DNA of 64,000 bases, from positions 1 to 64,000 of the forward strand of contig JBNGIO010005379.1 of the NCBI GenBank assembly GCA_049999805.1, in the 5' to 3' direction. This document shows, piece after piece, positions 24,550-38,844 of this stretch (position 1 is the stretch's first letter; the number at the start of each line of letters is the position of its first letter). This stretch comes from Folioceros fuciformis. Its lineage: Eukaryota. Both the position numbers and the translations under genes were made by a program. The notes under the pieces were generated by a model. That model did no database searches and was not told where the DNA came from. It saw only the letters and a program-made list of their open reading frames with translations.

Positions 24550-27144
24550 TCAATGCCGATCCCCACACGAGCAACAGCCATCCACAAAATGGTGCACCCG
24601 ATGTGCATCTCTGACTATGATCTCCCGCTTTTCAATCCTTGACAATGTCTTGGTTTGGCCATGACAGTCATCACACATGCGGATGTTCTTCGTGACCCGT
24701 AGAGTTGTGCAATCTGGGGTATTCAGCAAACCGTAGGCCACTGCTAGTTTTTCTGCATGTCCACAGAAGGCATCTTCATCCTTTCCATTAGATAAAAACT
24801 GTAGGACTGTCTCCTTGGGGCCTCCGCTGGTTCTTCCTTCCTTCGACTGCACGTTCACACTCTTCAATTTGGATGTGATGTCGTCTCTTTCCTCCCCTAC
24901 TGTAAAGGCATGAACCTTGCTGTTCACCTCGATCCACGCCCTTGCAGGTTTCTTGCAAGCGCCAGCCAATTTCCTTGAGCTTTCTATGCTCACTGCTTCT
25001 CCCTTCCTACCAGCATTGGCATAGATGCTGGACAATAGAATGTAGGCAGCAGCATTTTGAGGATCCATTTTAATAATGGTGTCAAAACATCGCCGTCCAC
25101 GCTCCACATCATCATGCCTTTTGCATGCACTCAGCAAACATGTCCACCCCACCACATTGTCGTGAAACGGCATTGTTTGCAGCACCTTCTCAGCCTCTTC
25201 CAGCCAGCCCGATCGTCCAAAAACATCAACCATGCAGTTGTAGTGATACAGACTGGGGGTGATTCCATGGTCTTCCACCATTGTCTTGAAAAAGTGTTCA
25301 CCCTCTTTCACCAAGCCATCCCGACTGCATGCCGTGAGAAGACCCAGAAAGGTAGCATCATCAGGCTCAACACCATGTTGTTGCATTTCTTCAAAACAGC
25401 GAATCGCCATTTGCCCGTCGCTATGTTGGCCGTAGCCATTGAGTAGGGCATTCCATGTCACCACGTTTTTCGTGGGCATTCTGTCAAACACCTTACGAGC
25501 ATCCTCCAAGCTCCCACATTTAGCATACATGTCCACCAGGCCATTACCCACAACCACATTACCTTCAAGTCCCATCTCCTGAATGTCATAGTGCAGCTGT
25601 TTACCGTGACCTAGAGCTCCGATGCTGGCACAGGCTTTCAAAAGTGACACAAATGTGGTAGCAGTCACTGGAGTGTTGCCCTCCTGCTGCATGGCAGAGT
25701 AAAGAGCGAGAGCCTCTTGACCAAGCCCCTGCTGGGCGTATCCAGCAAGCATGGCATTCCACGCGACCACATCTCTACTCGAGAGGGCATCAAACATGCT
25801 TCGAGCATCCTCCAGGCTTCCACATTTTGCAAAGCCTGCCAGCATTGTAGTCCATGACACAACATTTCTGGCCTGCAGATTCTCAAATGCACTACGAGCA
25901 TCCTCTAGGCTCCCACACTTGGCATACATATCAACCAGGCTGCTACCGACAACCACATCAGCTTCCAGTCCCTGTTCTTGTAGCAGGGAGTGGAGCTCCT
26001 TGCCCTCACGCAGAGCTCCAACACTGGCACAGGCTTTCAGCAGACACACAAATGTAGAACGGTCAGCTGGTGTGATGCCTTCCAGTTGCATACCTGCGTA
26101 GAGTGAAAGGGCCTCTTCACCCAGACCATGCTGGGCATAACCAGCAATCATTGCATTCCAGGTGACCACATCCTTTGTGGGCAATCTGTCAAACACTCTG
26201 CGGGCATCCTCTAGACTCCCACACTTAGCATACATATCCACCAGGCTGTTACCGACAACCGCATCAGCTTCAAGCCCCCTTTCCTGAACCTGGCAATGAA
26301 GCTCCTTACCTAGATTCAGAGCTCCAACAGCGGCACACGCTTTCAGCAGGCATACGAATGTGACATTATCCGCTGGAGTGATGCCCTCAGCATGCATGGA
26401 TGAGAAAAGAGAAAGGGCCTCGCGACCACGTCTATACCTAGCATAGCCCGCAATCATGGCATTCCACGTTACCACATCTTTGGTTGGCAAGGTGTCAAAA
26501 ACTCTGCGAGCATCCTCTAAGCTCCCACACTTAGCATACATGTCTATCAGACAGTTGGCGACAAAAATGTTAGGCTCTTGTACACTGCCCAAAACGTCAG
26601 CATGGACCTGCTTGCCGGAAGGTAAATCTTCTGCGGTGGAACACGCTTTGAGGACTGCCACGAAAATGTGGTTGTCTGGCTTGACAGTGGACTTGGGCAT
26701 TTGCTGATATAACTTGACAGCCTGAGCAGGCTGCCCATTTTCCGCATGCGCCAAAATGATGGAAGCCCACGTGAAGGGGTCTTGGGCAGGCAAACTGGTA
26801 AACACCTGCCTCGCTTGTTGCAGCCTCCCATTGGCAGCATACATCCGTATGAAGTGGTTGGCCAGGAAGGAGTTCGAGTCCTGGCCACATTGTGAAGCGA
26901 GGGCATGGAGATGCGAGCCAGCACTCAAGTCCTTCTCCGCAATGCATCTCATGAGGAGGCCATAGAAGACTGATGTGGGAATGTGAGATCCCCCATGCAC
27001 CAGAAGATCCAACACCTGGATGGCATCACTCAGCGTCCCTGCACCCACGTTGCTCCAGTCCACCCTGCAAAGTTCCGGCCAAGTGTCAAGCAGGAGGCGA
27101 GGAAAGCATGAAAGAAGGAGGGAGCTACGGAGCAGACCTCCCAC
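24550..27144 (-). CDS. PLS-class PPR with DYW:KP domain ending DRH; 5' exon unresolved
   Basis: PLS triplets plus an extra S-type motif (RNVVSWTTMLAGFAKCGSLEDA); KKPARAWIEV...CGHAEKLAVAYGLLNTPD...KNIRMCDDCH...CSCGDRH*. Confidence 0.94.
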   Translation of the reverse strand: MGGLLRSSLLLSCFPRLLLDTWPELCRVDWSNVGAGTLSDAIQVLDLLVHGGSHIPTSVFYGLLMRCIAEKDLSAGSHLHALASQCGQDSNSFLANHFIRMYAANGRLQQARQVFTSLPAQDPFTWASIILAHAENGQPAQAVKLYQQMPKSTVKPDNHIFVAVLKACSTAEDLPSGKQVHADVLGSVQEPNIFVANCLIDMYAKCGSLEDARRVFDTLPTKDVVTWNAMIAGYARYRRGREALSLFSSMHAEGITPADNVTFVCLLKACAAVGALNLGKELHCQVQERGLEADAVVGNSLVDMYAKCGSLEDARRVFDRLPTKDVVTWNAMIAGYAQHGLGEEALSLYAGMQLEGITPADRSTFVCLLKACASVGALREGKELHSLLQEQGLEADVVVGSSLVDMYAKCGSLEDARSAFENLQARNVVSWTTMLAGFAKCGSLEDARSMFDALSSRDVVAWNAMLAGYAQQGLGQEALALYSAMQQEGNTPVTATTFVSLLKACASIGALGHGKQLHYDIQEMGLEGNVVVGNGLVDMYAKCGSLEDARKVFDRMPTKNVVTWNALLNGYGQHSDGQMAIRCFEEMQQHGVEPDDATFLGLLTACSRDGLVKEGEHFFKTMVEDHGITPSLYHYNCMVDVFGRSGWLEEAEKVLQTMPFHDNVVGWTCLLSACKRHDDVERGRRCFDTIIKMDPQNAAAYILLSSIYANAGRKGEAVSIESSRKLAGACKKPARAWIEVNSKVHAFTVGEERDDITSKLKSVNVQSKEGRTSGGPKETVLQFLSNGKDEDAFCGHAEKLAVAYGLLNTPDCTTLRVTKNIRMCDDCHGQTKTLSRIEKREIIVRDAHRVHHFVDGCCSCGDRH

Positions 27145-27784
27145 AGGGTTTGTGATGGCCCAGCGATAGTTGCCCCGAAGTGACTGAGGACGGATGACGA
27201 GATAAGTTCTTCCTCCAAAAGAGCGAGCCCGAGGGCCGCGGGACCAGAGACTTGTGAGGCAGCAACACGTACCTCGATGAAGCCGGCTCTGCTGCAGCAG
27301 ATCAGCTACACATGAGAATTGTCGAGTGGAGAGCAGATGGGTGTGGAGAAGGCAGAGGTAGGGGGCTCACCGGGACCGAGCTGATCTGTAGATGAGACAC
27401 CTGGTCCTGCCCCTGCCCCTGCCCCTGCCCCTTCCCTTAATGATGACAGGCGTCTCCACCAGTCCTCCGCACTGCGTTTGCTCGGGAACAGGCACCCTGC
27501 AGCCAAGTGGGTCCTGGTCTTCAACATGGGGACAGCCGCCTACGCTTGCTTCGCTGACGAAAACGGCGAGCGCGGTCCATCCCTGAACGGTGTGGGACTT
27601 GCCCTGCCTAGCAGAGCACTTGATGCTTTACGCCAATATACAGAACGGTTTTGTGCGCTTCCGTTCACCCATGTGTGGCATGGGGAGCTAGAAGTCCAGG
27701 CACCTTGCGGGGCGTGAAGAGAAGGGGTTGAACATGTAACCTCCTCTCCGAGGGGATGCTGGCAGGGCTTGTGAGCTTGAGGTC

Positions 27785-28991
27785 ATGTTGCCTCGAGCGG
27801 GACTTGGAGCTGCAGAAGCTGATGCAGATGAGGACGACTACATGGGTGATCTGGGACGCTTTCTGGGACCCGAACATCTACAACCGCCTCCGGAACGGTC
27901 ATCGGTTGGTTTGTCTTGGATCTGGTGTGCCGTGTGAAGGCGATGCACGGTCCTTCCCGATGTGACAAGGCTTGCCATTCGGTGTGTGATGAGTGGCAGG
28001 TCGAAAGCAAGAGGAAGTTGAGCCGCAAGGAGAAGAAGAGAGCCAAGGATGAAGAGATGAAGGTTTCTGAGGCTGAGCAACGAAGTGAGGGCCTGAAAGC
28101 CGCCATCCCTTCCTCCAACATCGGCTTCAAAATGTTGCAGCAGATGGGATACACACCCGGGGCCGCTCTCGGAAAGCATGGGCAAGGGTCTCTGGAACCC
28201 ATCAACGTGGAACTGAAAACGTCAAGGACGGGGCTGGGCCGGGATGACTTGCTGAGACGTCAGGAGATGCTGAGACTCAAAGTGGCAGCTTTGGAGGCTG
28301 ACAGCAAAAGGAAGAGAGAGCAGGAGCTGAAAGTGGAGTTCCATGGTCGCAGAAAGGGGTCCTGGCAGAAGAGAAAAATCACGTCTGACTACAGAAAGGC
28401 GTGTGCAACTCTTGGCCAGCTGGAAGAACGGCAAAGCCATGGGAAAGGAGCTGAGCCTAGTTCCGAGGAAAAGGGGTGTGCAAGTCCTGGGAAGCGCAAG
28501 GAAGATGGCAGTGATGAGCAAGCAGACGCAGGCGCAGGCGCAGAAGTCGAAGGGGAAGGGGAAGGAGAAGGAGAAGGAGAGGAGGAAGAGATCAGCGAGG
28601 AGGTTGGAGTTGCCATTGCTTTGTTTGCAACAGCATCAGCTTACCATATGGACATTTTGATGATGAGTGCCCCTCACTTGTGTGCTGTGAATCACGGTGG
28701 TGGCAGCAACTGGAAGAGGTTTTGACGAGACTACGGAGCCAGTTTTGTTATTGCTTGTACTGTGGCCATCAGGTAACACGGTTCTTTCTTGTCCTCTGCA
28801 CCTTGCAAGGTTCGTGTTCTAGAAGGCTACTAGTAGCAGGAGTAGGATAGCAGGGCTGGGGCCCGGGCCAGACATGAGTGTTTTGGCCTCTTGCATGCAT
28901 GATTTTGGGAGTTGGTGTATCGTGTGTGCAGTATGATTCAGCTGAGGCCATGCTTGCAAACTGTCCTGGACTTGAAGAGGAGGCGCATTAG
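27785..28991 (+). CDS. GPATCH11: G-patch domain protein 11 (CCDC75)-like, 4 exons
   Basis: N-terminal DEDDYMGD; G-patch IPSSNIGFKMLQQMGYTPGAALGKHGQGSLEPI...RTGLG; C-terminal LRSQFCYCLYCGHQ / YDSAEAMLANCPG*. Confidence 0.88.
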
Positions 28992-29767
28992 TGAGGTCAT
29001 GGAGAAGCTTGTGTGCTCTCTTGTCTTTGTCCTCTTTCTCTCTCGCTCCCTCCCTCGTGAGCCAAGTTAAGAAGTGGAGAGGACACTGTTCTTGTCCTTG
29101 TTTGGCATGGGTGTGGGTGGCGCCGCCCTGCCTCGCACGTTCAAGCATCAATGCAGCAATGGATTCTAATTTTGAGGAGGTGGCCTCCATATTTTCATTT
29201 CCCAGATGTCGTCGGGCGGGGCGTGGCGTGGCGTCACCTCCTCCATGCTTGCGTGTCGTGTCGGGTTAGCGACAAGGACGCCACGACAGCCCTATCGCTT
29301 CGTTCCATGTCGACCGACGTCAGCTCACGTTTCAGACATTACGTGCGGCAGCTGCGGCCGTCCAAACTGGGAGGGATTCGGGGGACCACTGCTTTTGCCT
29401 TTCTCGTTCCATGCACGCGCTGTCCTCAACTGCCGTGTGACACCGACTCTCCGGCCCTGTCTTGCCTACTGCGTCTGGGCTCTCGGATCCAGGGGAACAC
29501 AATGGGACAAATACGCCCTTTTTAGTGCTCAACACGAGACTGTCGGTGCTATCGGGCCATATACTCGGGAACAAGACCCAAGACTAGCAAGAATCGTTCC
29601 ATGCCCAAAAGAGGGTTAAAAAAGATGTCCACGTGCTTAAACACATCCACACCTTTTTGCGATCCAAGGGGCCAGACACGCCCCAAAAAATTGTGACCTG
29701 CTCCAAGTTACATACATACATACCATACGTAGAACTAGATGCGGTGAACAATAAACAATCTTCTTGG

Positions 29768-31679
<1,912 letters not shown>

Positions 31680-33015
31680 GCCGCCGCCGCCGCCGCAGCA
31701 GCAGCCGTGCGAGATGCCTGCCGGTGAGGCAGCAACAGCAGCAGCAGCCAGAAGGCACAAAGGCGGGACGGGACGACGGGATGGGACAGGAGCAGGAGCA
31801 GGCCGGCAGGCAGTAGTCAGCCAGCCAGCCAGCCAGCCAGCACCCCTTCGACAGGGACTCGCAGGAATATGTATTCCCTCACGCACTGCTCTCTCTCCGC
31901 AAGTCCGATGGTTCGCAAGCCCGCCCTTTTCATCTTCCCTCTCTCAATATCGTTTAGGTAGCTCTACCTACTAGTGTGGTCTAGTATCACGATTAAGCTC
32001 AGCTCGCAGCTCCTTCAAGTCCTATCAAGTCACATACATTGTCGCGGAGCGACGTCCACGCCTCGCCCCTGACCTAAGACACACAAGACAGATCTACACT
32101 CGTTTCACACACGCACACGCGCTAACGTGGGCAGTTCTGGGAACAATCAATAGTCAGGAATGATATTCTGGGGGGCTGGTCCCCTTCCTTTTTGGATTGT
32201 TCACCTTTTGGGTAGATAGGATTTTCCATCTTCTTTTCCATTACTATATACCATTCCTCCCACACACTCTTTTCCACCCAGACGCACACAAAGTCTTTCA
32301 ACCCCTTCACCTTTCTTCAATTCCAGTGAAGTGAGCTGACAAAGAATCCACGATTCCATACAGAATTTCCTAAAGGCAAGAAAGTACTATGGATGACACT
32401 TTATAAAATACATACATGACTTCGTTTCAACCATCCTCTCCGTCTCTCCTCGTCTCCTCGAGCTGGTCCAGTTTCCGATGCTGGCTCACATCACAATGTG
32501 GAAAGGTTTAACAACATCGAGTCTTGCCAGTCATGGATAACCAGTGGCTATGGCTATGGCTCTGTAAGCCGCAAGACACAGTGACTTCAACCTACGACAA
32601 ATGTAAACACCTAGTAATGAAGATACAACACCACCGGGATGTAAAAGCCAGCCACAACACAAGGAGGAAGAGAAGGATGTGTGACCTGCTGAAGCACAAT
32701 CCACAATTCCGGCCCCCGCCGCACCCTCCCTTCCATTCTCGGTCTCTAGCGTGGTGATGCCGGGCTCGAGCGAAACCGGCCCCAGGATCACATTGCTCAA
32801 CCACGGGAACCACGCGCGGATGTCAGCAAACATTCCACATGACAGAGCTGTTGCATGCTGGAGGACATCCGCTTCGTTCGCATCGCCTGCAAAGTGCTGG
32901 AAGTGGGGGCCCTGAATGTTTATTCTAAGGCAAGTCGTCACTCTTGACAGCGCGGCCAAATCTGCATCTCCTCTCCGTACTTTCTGGAGCACACCAGAGC
33001 GCAGCCCAATCCTGA

Positions 33016-35919
33016 TCAATGCCGATCTCTGCACGAGCAAGAGCCATCCAGAAAACGGTGTACCCGATGAGCATCTCTGACGATAATCTCTCGCTGCTCC
33101 AGCCGTGACATGATCTTGGTACTACTGTGACAATCATCGCACATACGAAGATTCTTGGTGACCAGTAGAGAGGAGCCGTCGGGAGTGTTCAGCAGCCCAT
33201 ACGCCAAGGCCAGCTTTTCCGCATGGCCACACAATGCATCTTGCTTTTCCTGCTCGGACATCAACTTGAGCACCAACTCGGTTTGTGGCACATGCCCTCC
33301 TTCTTCCTTCAGCCTCGTATTCACACTCTTCAGCTTGAATGATAGGTCTGACCTCTCTTCCCCAACTGTGAACTCGTGTACCTTCCTCTGCACTTCAATG
33401 TATGCCTTTGCAGGCTTCTTCCAGGCACCTGCGGACTTTCTCAGTCGTTCTGTGTCATCCACATCCTTCCACCTACTGGCATTCGCATAAATGCTCCCCA
33501 ACAACACATAGTAGCTAGCGTTAGCTGGGTCTAAGGAAATGAGACGCTCAAAACATCTTTTCCCACGTTCCGCATCATTATGGTTCTTGCAGGCACTCAG
33601 CAATGATGTCCACCCCACCACATGCTCCGGCAATGGCAAGGTCTGCAGGAGATCTTCTGCCTCGTCAAGACGCCCTGACCGTGCAAGAAGATCCACCATA
33701 CAACCGTAGTGATTATCAGTTGGAACCATGCCATAATCCTCCACCATCAACTTGAACACCTGCTGGCCCTCATCTACCAGGCCTGCGTGGCTGCATGCCA
33801 CAAGAAGGCAGGTGAAGGTAGTCTCATCAGGCTTCACACCTTGCTGGTGCATCTCCTCAAAGCACTTGATGGCCGTTTGTCCGTCACCATGTTCAGCAAA
33901 GCCATTGAGCAAACCACTCCACGTTACCACATCCCTCACAGGCATTTTGTTGAAAACTTGCCGAGCCTCATCCATGCTCCCACACTTAGCATACATGTGG
34001 ACCAGACTGTTGCCAACACACACGTCATTCTCCAACCCTCTCTCCCGAGCCTCTACGTGCAGCTGTTTCCCCTGCTGTAAGGCTCCAATGGTGGAGCAAG
34101 ATTGAAGGAGACACACAATTGTGACATGATTCACCGATGTGACTCCCTGCTGCTGCATTTGTGCATACACAGAGAGGGCTTCTTGAGCGAACCCTTGCTG
34201 TGCGTATCCTGCAATCATGGAAGTCCATGTCACCACATCTTTTGTGGGCAATCGGTCAAACACCCTGCGAGCCTCCTCCAAGCTGCCACATTTTGCATAC
34301 ATGTCAACGAGACAGTTGCCAACTTGCACATTCACTTCCAGGCCCCGTTCACGAATCTGTGCATGAATCTCCTTCCCCTCAACCAGCAGACGCATGCTGG
34401 CACATGCTTGGATCAGGCACACAAACGTCACAGGACTGTCAGGTCTGACGCCTTCCAGTTGCATACGTGAGTGCAGCGCAAGGGCTTCTTGAAAATGTCC
34501 TTGCTGGGCATATCCTGACAACATGGCCGTCCAAGTAACCACGTCTCTTCTGGGCAATCTGTCAAACACTCTCCGTGCATGCTCTAAGCTGCCGCACTTA
34601 GCATACATGTTCACCAGGCTACAACCTACAGAACCATCAGCCTCCAGGCCTCTCTTACGAATCTGTGCATGAAGCTGCTCTCCCTGATGCAGGACTCTCA
34701 TGCTGGCACATGCTTTGAGAAGACACACAAAAGTAACGTTGTCAGCTGGAAACATACCTTCTTTCTCCATGGTTTCATACAAGGCCAGGGCTTCGCCACC
34801 AAGCCCTTGCTCAGCATATGCTGCAATCATGGTTGTCCAGGTCACGATAGTCTTGGTGGGCAAACTATCAAAAACGTTGCGAGCTTCTCCGACGCTTCCA
34901 CATTTTGCGTACATATACACAAGGCTGTTGCCAACAAAAGTATTGGCTTTGACAGCACTGGCCAAGACATCTGCATGGACATCCTTGCCGGACACCAGAT
35001 CCCCAGCAGCCGCACACGCTTTGAGCACGGCCACAAATACATGGTTGTCTGGTTTGACACTAGACTCACGCATCTGTTTATACAGTCTTATGCCTTCTGC
35101 CGGCTGCCCGTGTCGAGCATATGCCAAAATGATAGAAGACCACATGTAAGCGTTTGGTGAAGTGACTTTGGACAAGACCTGTAGTGCATCCTCCAATCGC
35201 TCATGAGAAGCATACATAGCTATGACATGGTTGGCTAGGAAGGCGTTTGTCTCGTACCCACTAGTGACTGCTAGTGCATGTACTCGTCTACCTAGAACGA
35301 GATTTTTTTGCACCGTACACCTCTTCAGGACTCGATAGAAGAGGGAAACGGAAATATTGCATCCTCGATTGACTAGAGCATCCAAGGCATCAACCGCTTG
35401 TATCAGATCTCCCTCGTCACAAATCTGGGTCAAGGCCTGACATGCTGCATCTTCTCGAACCTTGCCCTGGCTGCTAGGGTGAGTGTTTGCAGAGGTAGAC
35501 TCAGTGCATAGGGAGGCCGTAGGAGGCGCGGCTCGCCTCCTCCCAAAATCCCACCTGACCAGTTGCGAGTCCACCCACTCAGGCTTGTCACAGTTGTTTG
35601 GCCATAAGTCCTCCTTGTAACGCTTGTGCCTGGAATCCGGATACAGTGAGCTTTCATTTCGAGCCCTATTGTCCCACCACTGCGTGCGATCCAAGCACTG
35701 ATCTTGCCACAAGACCTGCTGCTCCAAACCTGCCGACCTGGCACCTGCTCGCTTGCCAGGTCGGCAGCAAGACCGACAACTAACATCCCTCATGGGCAAA
35801 CCATCTTTGGCAGAGACCACGTAATGCGCGTGACAGTGCGCAAAGCTTGGTAGCATCACCGAATTCCTTAAATCCGATGTTCCCAAGCCTAGCAACGGCG
35901 CCTGCAGCGGCACAGTCAT
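33016..35919 (-). CDS. Intronless PLS-class PPR with DYW:KP domain ending DRH, 967 aa
   Basis: ATG-initiated ORF with a long N-terminal extension and PLS triplets; WKKPAKAYIEV...GGHVPQ...CGHAEKLALAYGLLNTPDG...KNLRMCDDCH...CSCRDRH*. Confidence 0.95.
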   Translation of the reverse strand: MTVPLQAPLLGLGTSDLRNSVMLPSFAHCHAHYVVSAKDGLPMRDVSCRSCCRPGKRAGARSAGLEQQVLWQDQCLDRTQWWDNRARNESSLYPDSRHKRYKEDLWPNNCDKPEWVDSQLVRWDFGRRRAAPPTASLCTESTSANTHPSSQGKVREDAACQALTQICDEGDLIQAVDALDALVNRGCNISVSLFYRVLKRCTVQKNLVLGRRVHALAVTSGYETNAFLANHVIAMYASHERLEDALQVLSKVTSPNAYMWSSIILAYARHGQPAEGIRLYKQMRESSVKPDNHVFVAVLKACAAAGDLVSGKDVHADVLASAVKANTFVGNSLVYMYAKCGSVGEARNVFDSLPTKTIVTWTTMIAAYAEQGLGGEALALYETMEKEGMFPADNVTFVCLLKACASMRVLHQGEQLHAQIRKRGLEADGSVGCSLVNMYAKCGSLEHARRVFDRLPRRDVVTWTAMLSGYAQQGHFQEALALHSRMQLEGVRPDSPVTFVCLIQACASMRLLVEGKEIHAQIRERGLEVNVQVGNCLVDMYAKCGSLEEARRVFDRLPTKDVVTWTSMIAGYAQQGFAQEALSVYAQMQQQGVTSVNHVTIVCLLQSCSTIGALQQGKQLHVEARERGLENDVCVGNSLVHMYAKCGSMDEARQVFNKMPVRDVVTWSGLLNGFAEHGDGQTAIKCFEEMHQQGVKPDETTFTCLLVACSHAGLVDEGQQVFKLMVEDYGMVPTDNHYGCMVDLLARSGRLDEAEDLLQTLPLPEHVVGWTSLLSACKNHNDAERGKRCFERLISLDPANASYYVLLGSIYANASRWKDVDDTERLRKSAGAWKKPAKAYIEVQRKVHEFTVGEERSDLSFKLKSVNTRLKEEGGHVPQTELVLKLMSEQEKQDALCGHAEKLALAYGLLNTPDGSSLLVTKNLRMCDDCHSSTKIMSRLEQREIIVRDAHRVHRFLDGSCSCRDRH

Positions 35920-35933
35920 ATCTTCCGCTTAAT

Positions 35934-36450
35934 CTAATCCGCAGGGAACGCATCGGCGGCTGGCCGTGGCTTCTTGACCTTCACTTCGGGCTCTGAGATC
36001 GATGCACGGAAACGAGCAGCACCTGAGCAAACCAAGTCCATGGAAAATGAGACCAACAATGGAAGAAAAGTGGCGAAGGGTCTCACTCGTGATGATAGCT
36101 CTGGGCCTGGACTTGAACAGAATCTTGTGTCTGATGATTCCAATGATGTTGAGTTGGGGGGAGCCATCGATTACCATGGCACGGGCATCTGCGTCACCAG
36201 CAGCATCACCAGCAGCAGCAGGCTGGTCCAGCACCAACAGAGGCTTCTTCAGGGCGATCCGGGTGCCTTCCAGCTCATGGTAGCCCACAGTGAAGACAAA
36301 CTTGTCTTTCCCTTTGCGGCAAAGTGAGCCGATGTTCAGATTGTGCAGATCGGCGTTGTTCTGGACTTCCAACGACCCCTGCAGCTCCACGATGGCCCAT
36401 TCCTTGCAAGAATCAGCCGCGCCGCACTCGCATCTCACACGTATCTGCAT
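35934..36450 (-). CDS. CTF8: Chromosome transmission fidelity protein 8 (CTF18-RFC subunit); probable intron 35993-36086
   Basis: MQIRVRCECG...EWAIVELQG...FTVGYHELEGTRIALKKPLLVL...IIGIIRHKILFKSRPRAII, then the spliced tail KPEVKVKK...AD*. Confidence 0.88.
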
Positions 36451-36767
36451 CCTCGGCCGTTGTCTGCAGAGGCTGACGAGAAAGTGTCTAAATCGGAAAG
36501 TGATGGTGGAAGCAACAGCAGTTCACAAACCCCTCTCGGTGGGTGAGACAGGCGACAAGAGCGAGGAGGCGGGCGAGCCACCCCAGGCCCCAGGCGCATG
36601 CATGTAACTACTCCCACCTGCCAGCAAACAGTCACAGCTGACGCAGCCTCAGGATGGCCGTCAAGCTTGTCACCACCTGCACCTCTCCAGCCTTACTTCA
36701 GGCCGCGCTTCGGTAGCTCTAACAACCCCGTCACTACTTCCTTTCTTCCTTCCCTTGCCTTCCAGCC

Positions 36768-38381
36768 ATGGCGTCCAAGTCGGCCCTCGCCCCTGCTGCG
36801 GCAGCTACCGTCAGCGGTGCCGGCCTAGCTGCTTCCGCGTCTTCTCACGTTTCCTCGCTGCGACTGCCTCCCCCGCCGCTGGCTTCTCCAAGTGCGTGTT
36901 TCTGGAACAACCAGTGTTCTCTGCGCTGCTGCTTCTTCTCTGATCCTCGTGCCCAGTCACCTTGCTTGACAGCAGAAAGCACTGGTTTCTTGCTTGCAGG
37001 ATCCGCGAAAATTGCTCTGGTAGTCAAATCTGACGCATCTATCGGTGGATCACCCTCTGTCGGCTTTGCGTCCAAATCTGCTTCCGACTCGTCATCATCA
37101 AGAAGCTTTGCAACAAGAGCTGTCGCTGCTGTGAGTGGTGGCTTGTCTACCAGTGGACATCCTAGCTGGCTGGACGTTTGTTTGGATGTTACAAAGCAGT
37201 GACTGACCTGATTCCTTGTGGCGGTAGGGGAAACTCGAAGCTGCTGCAGGTGCTAAGAGTCAAGCTCCTCCAGGCAAGGCAGGCCCAGGGTGAGCAGTGT
37301 GGATTTCTCAGATGGTTCGTTTGCTGCTGGATTGCACGCATGTGGAACTTTGAACGCATTCGTAGGGTAGGATTTTGAGACTTGTGTGCTTTGTTGCTGC
37401 CGCAACAGCCATGAGCTTCTCATGTTCGAGGCTCTACGGGAAGGTCTCGAAGAGGAAATGGAGAGGGATCCCAAAGTCTTAGTCCTGGGAGAGGATGTAG
37501 GTCATTATGGTGGCTCTTACAAGGTGACCAAGGGCTTCGCTGAAAAGTTTGGTGACTGGCGTGTTCTGGACACTCCCATCGCCGAGAACTCCTTCACTGG
37601 AATGGCCATCGGAGCTGCCATGACTGGATTGAGGCCGGTCATCGAAGGCATGAACATGGGCTTCTTGTTACTGGCATACAACCAGATAGCCAACAACTGT
37701 GGCATGCTGCATTATACTTCAGGGGGACAATTCACCATCCCTGTGGTGATCAGGGGCCCTGGTGGAGTCGGAAGGCAACTCGGAGCAGAGCACTCCCAGC
37801 GGCTGGAGTCGTATTTCCAGTCTGTACCTGGACTTCAAATGGTCGCCTGCTCCACGCCGTACAACGCCAAAGGACTCATGAAGGCCGCTATTCGGAGCGA
37901 GAACCCTGTCATTCTCTTCGAGCATGTGCTGTTGTACAATCTCAAGGAGCGGATTCCGGATGAGGAATACGTGTGCTGCCTTGAGGAGGCGGAGCTGGTG
38001 CGTCCAGGACAGGATATCACCATCTTGACTTACTCTCGGATGAGGCATCACGTGTTGCAGGCTGCCAAGACTCTGGTGAACAAGGGCTATGACCCTGAGA
38101 TCATCGATATCCGCTCCTTGAAGCCGTTTGATCTCCACACCATTGGCAACTCAGTGAAGAAAACTCACAAGGTCCTCATTGTGGAGGAGTGCATGAGAAC
38201 TGGCGGGATTGGTGCGAGTCTGAGGGCTGCTATTATGGAAAACTTTTTCGACTATCTGGATGGACCCATCGGCTGCTTGTCTTCGCAGGATGTGCCAACA
38301 CCATACTCTGGCCCTCTGGAGGAGCTAACGGTGGTGCAGCCCCATCAGATAGTCACGGCCGTAGAGACTTTGTGCCAATAG
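36768..38381 (+). CDS. PDH-E1 beta: Plastid pyruvate dehydrogenase E1 beta subunit; short 5' exons encode a transit peptide, large final exon
   Basis: [87 protein letters not shown]; Ala/Ser-rich N-terminus [13 protein letters not shown]. Confidence 0.95.
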
Positions 38382-38844
38382 CCCGGCACAAACATTTTTT
38401 ATTTCAGAACATTCTTTTTTCAGGACCCTCAGCTGCTATTAGCCAAAATGCATCCTCAGGTCCAGCAACAACCAACAGGATGAAAGAATGTGGTGCCTAC
38501 CTGCATCGTTTGCCAAAGCAGAGTTGAAAAACCCCGTAGTCTGAGTTTGCTTGGAAAACTGCTGTGACAAATGTACGACTTACCTGGACGAACCAAATTC
38601 CCGTGCAGTTGAATCAGGTTGAGAGACTTCCTGGAATGCTGCATTCTGCATTCCAAGGCCATGAACTAATGTAACACATCAACAACACACTCATTCCTGT
38701 CTGTGGAACATGTGTTGGTCAGTGACACACCTCAAGTGCGAAAGTACACCTGTGGGTGCTGTTGCTAGATGGATCATTGCACCACTATCATGTCAGAGCC
38801 TGGAGCAGGTCTCTTGTTGTTCTGTCTGTGGTGGCTAGTCACAT

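Noticed and set aside
31680-31935. Regulatory uORF upstream of spermidine synthase
   Set aside because: The only upstream ATG I found (31933) probably precedes the transcription start, and its peptide resembles no polyamine-responsive uORF I know.
32531-33040. 169-aa ORF overlapping the PPR stop, as a possible third cistron
   Set aside because: TTG start and no recognisable domain; more likely 3' UTR.
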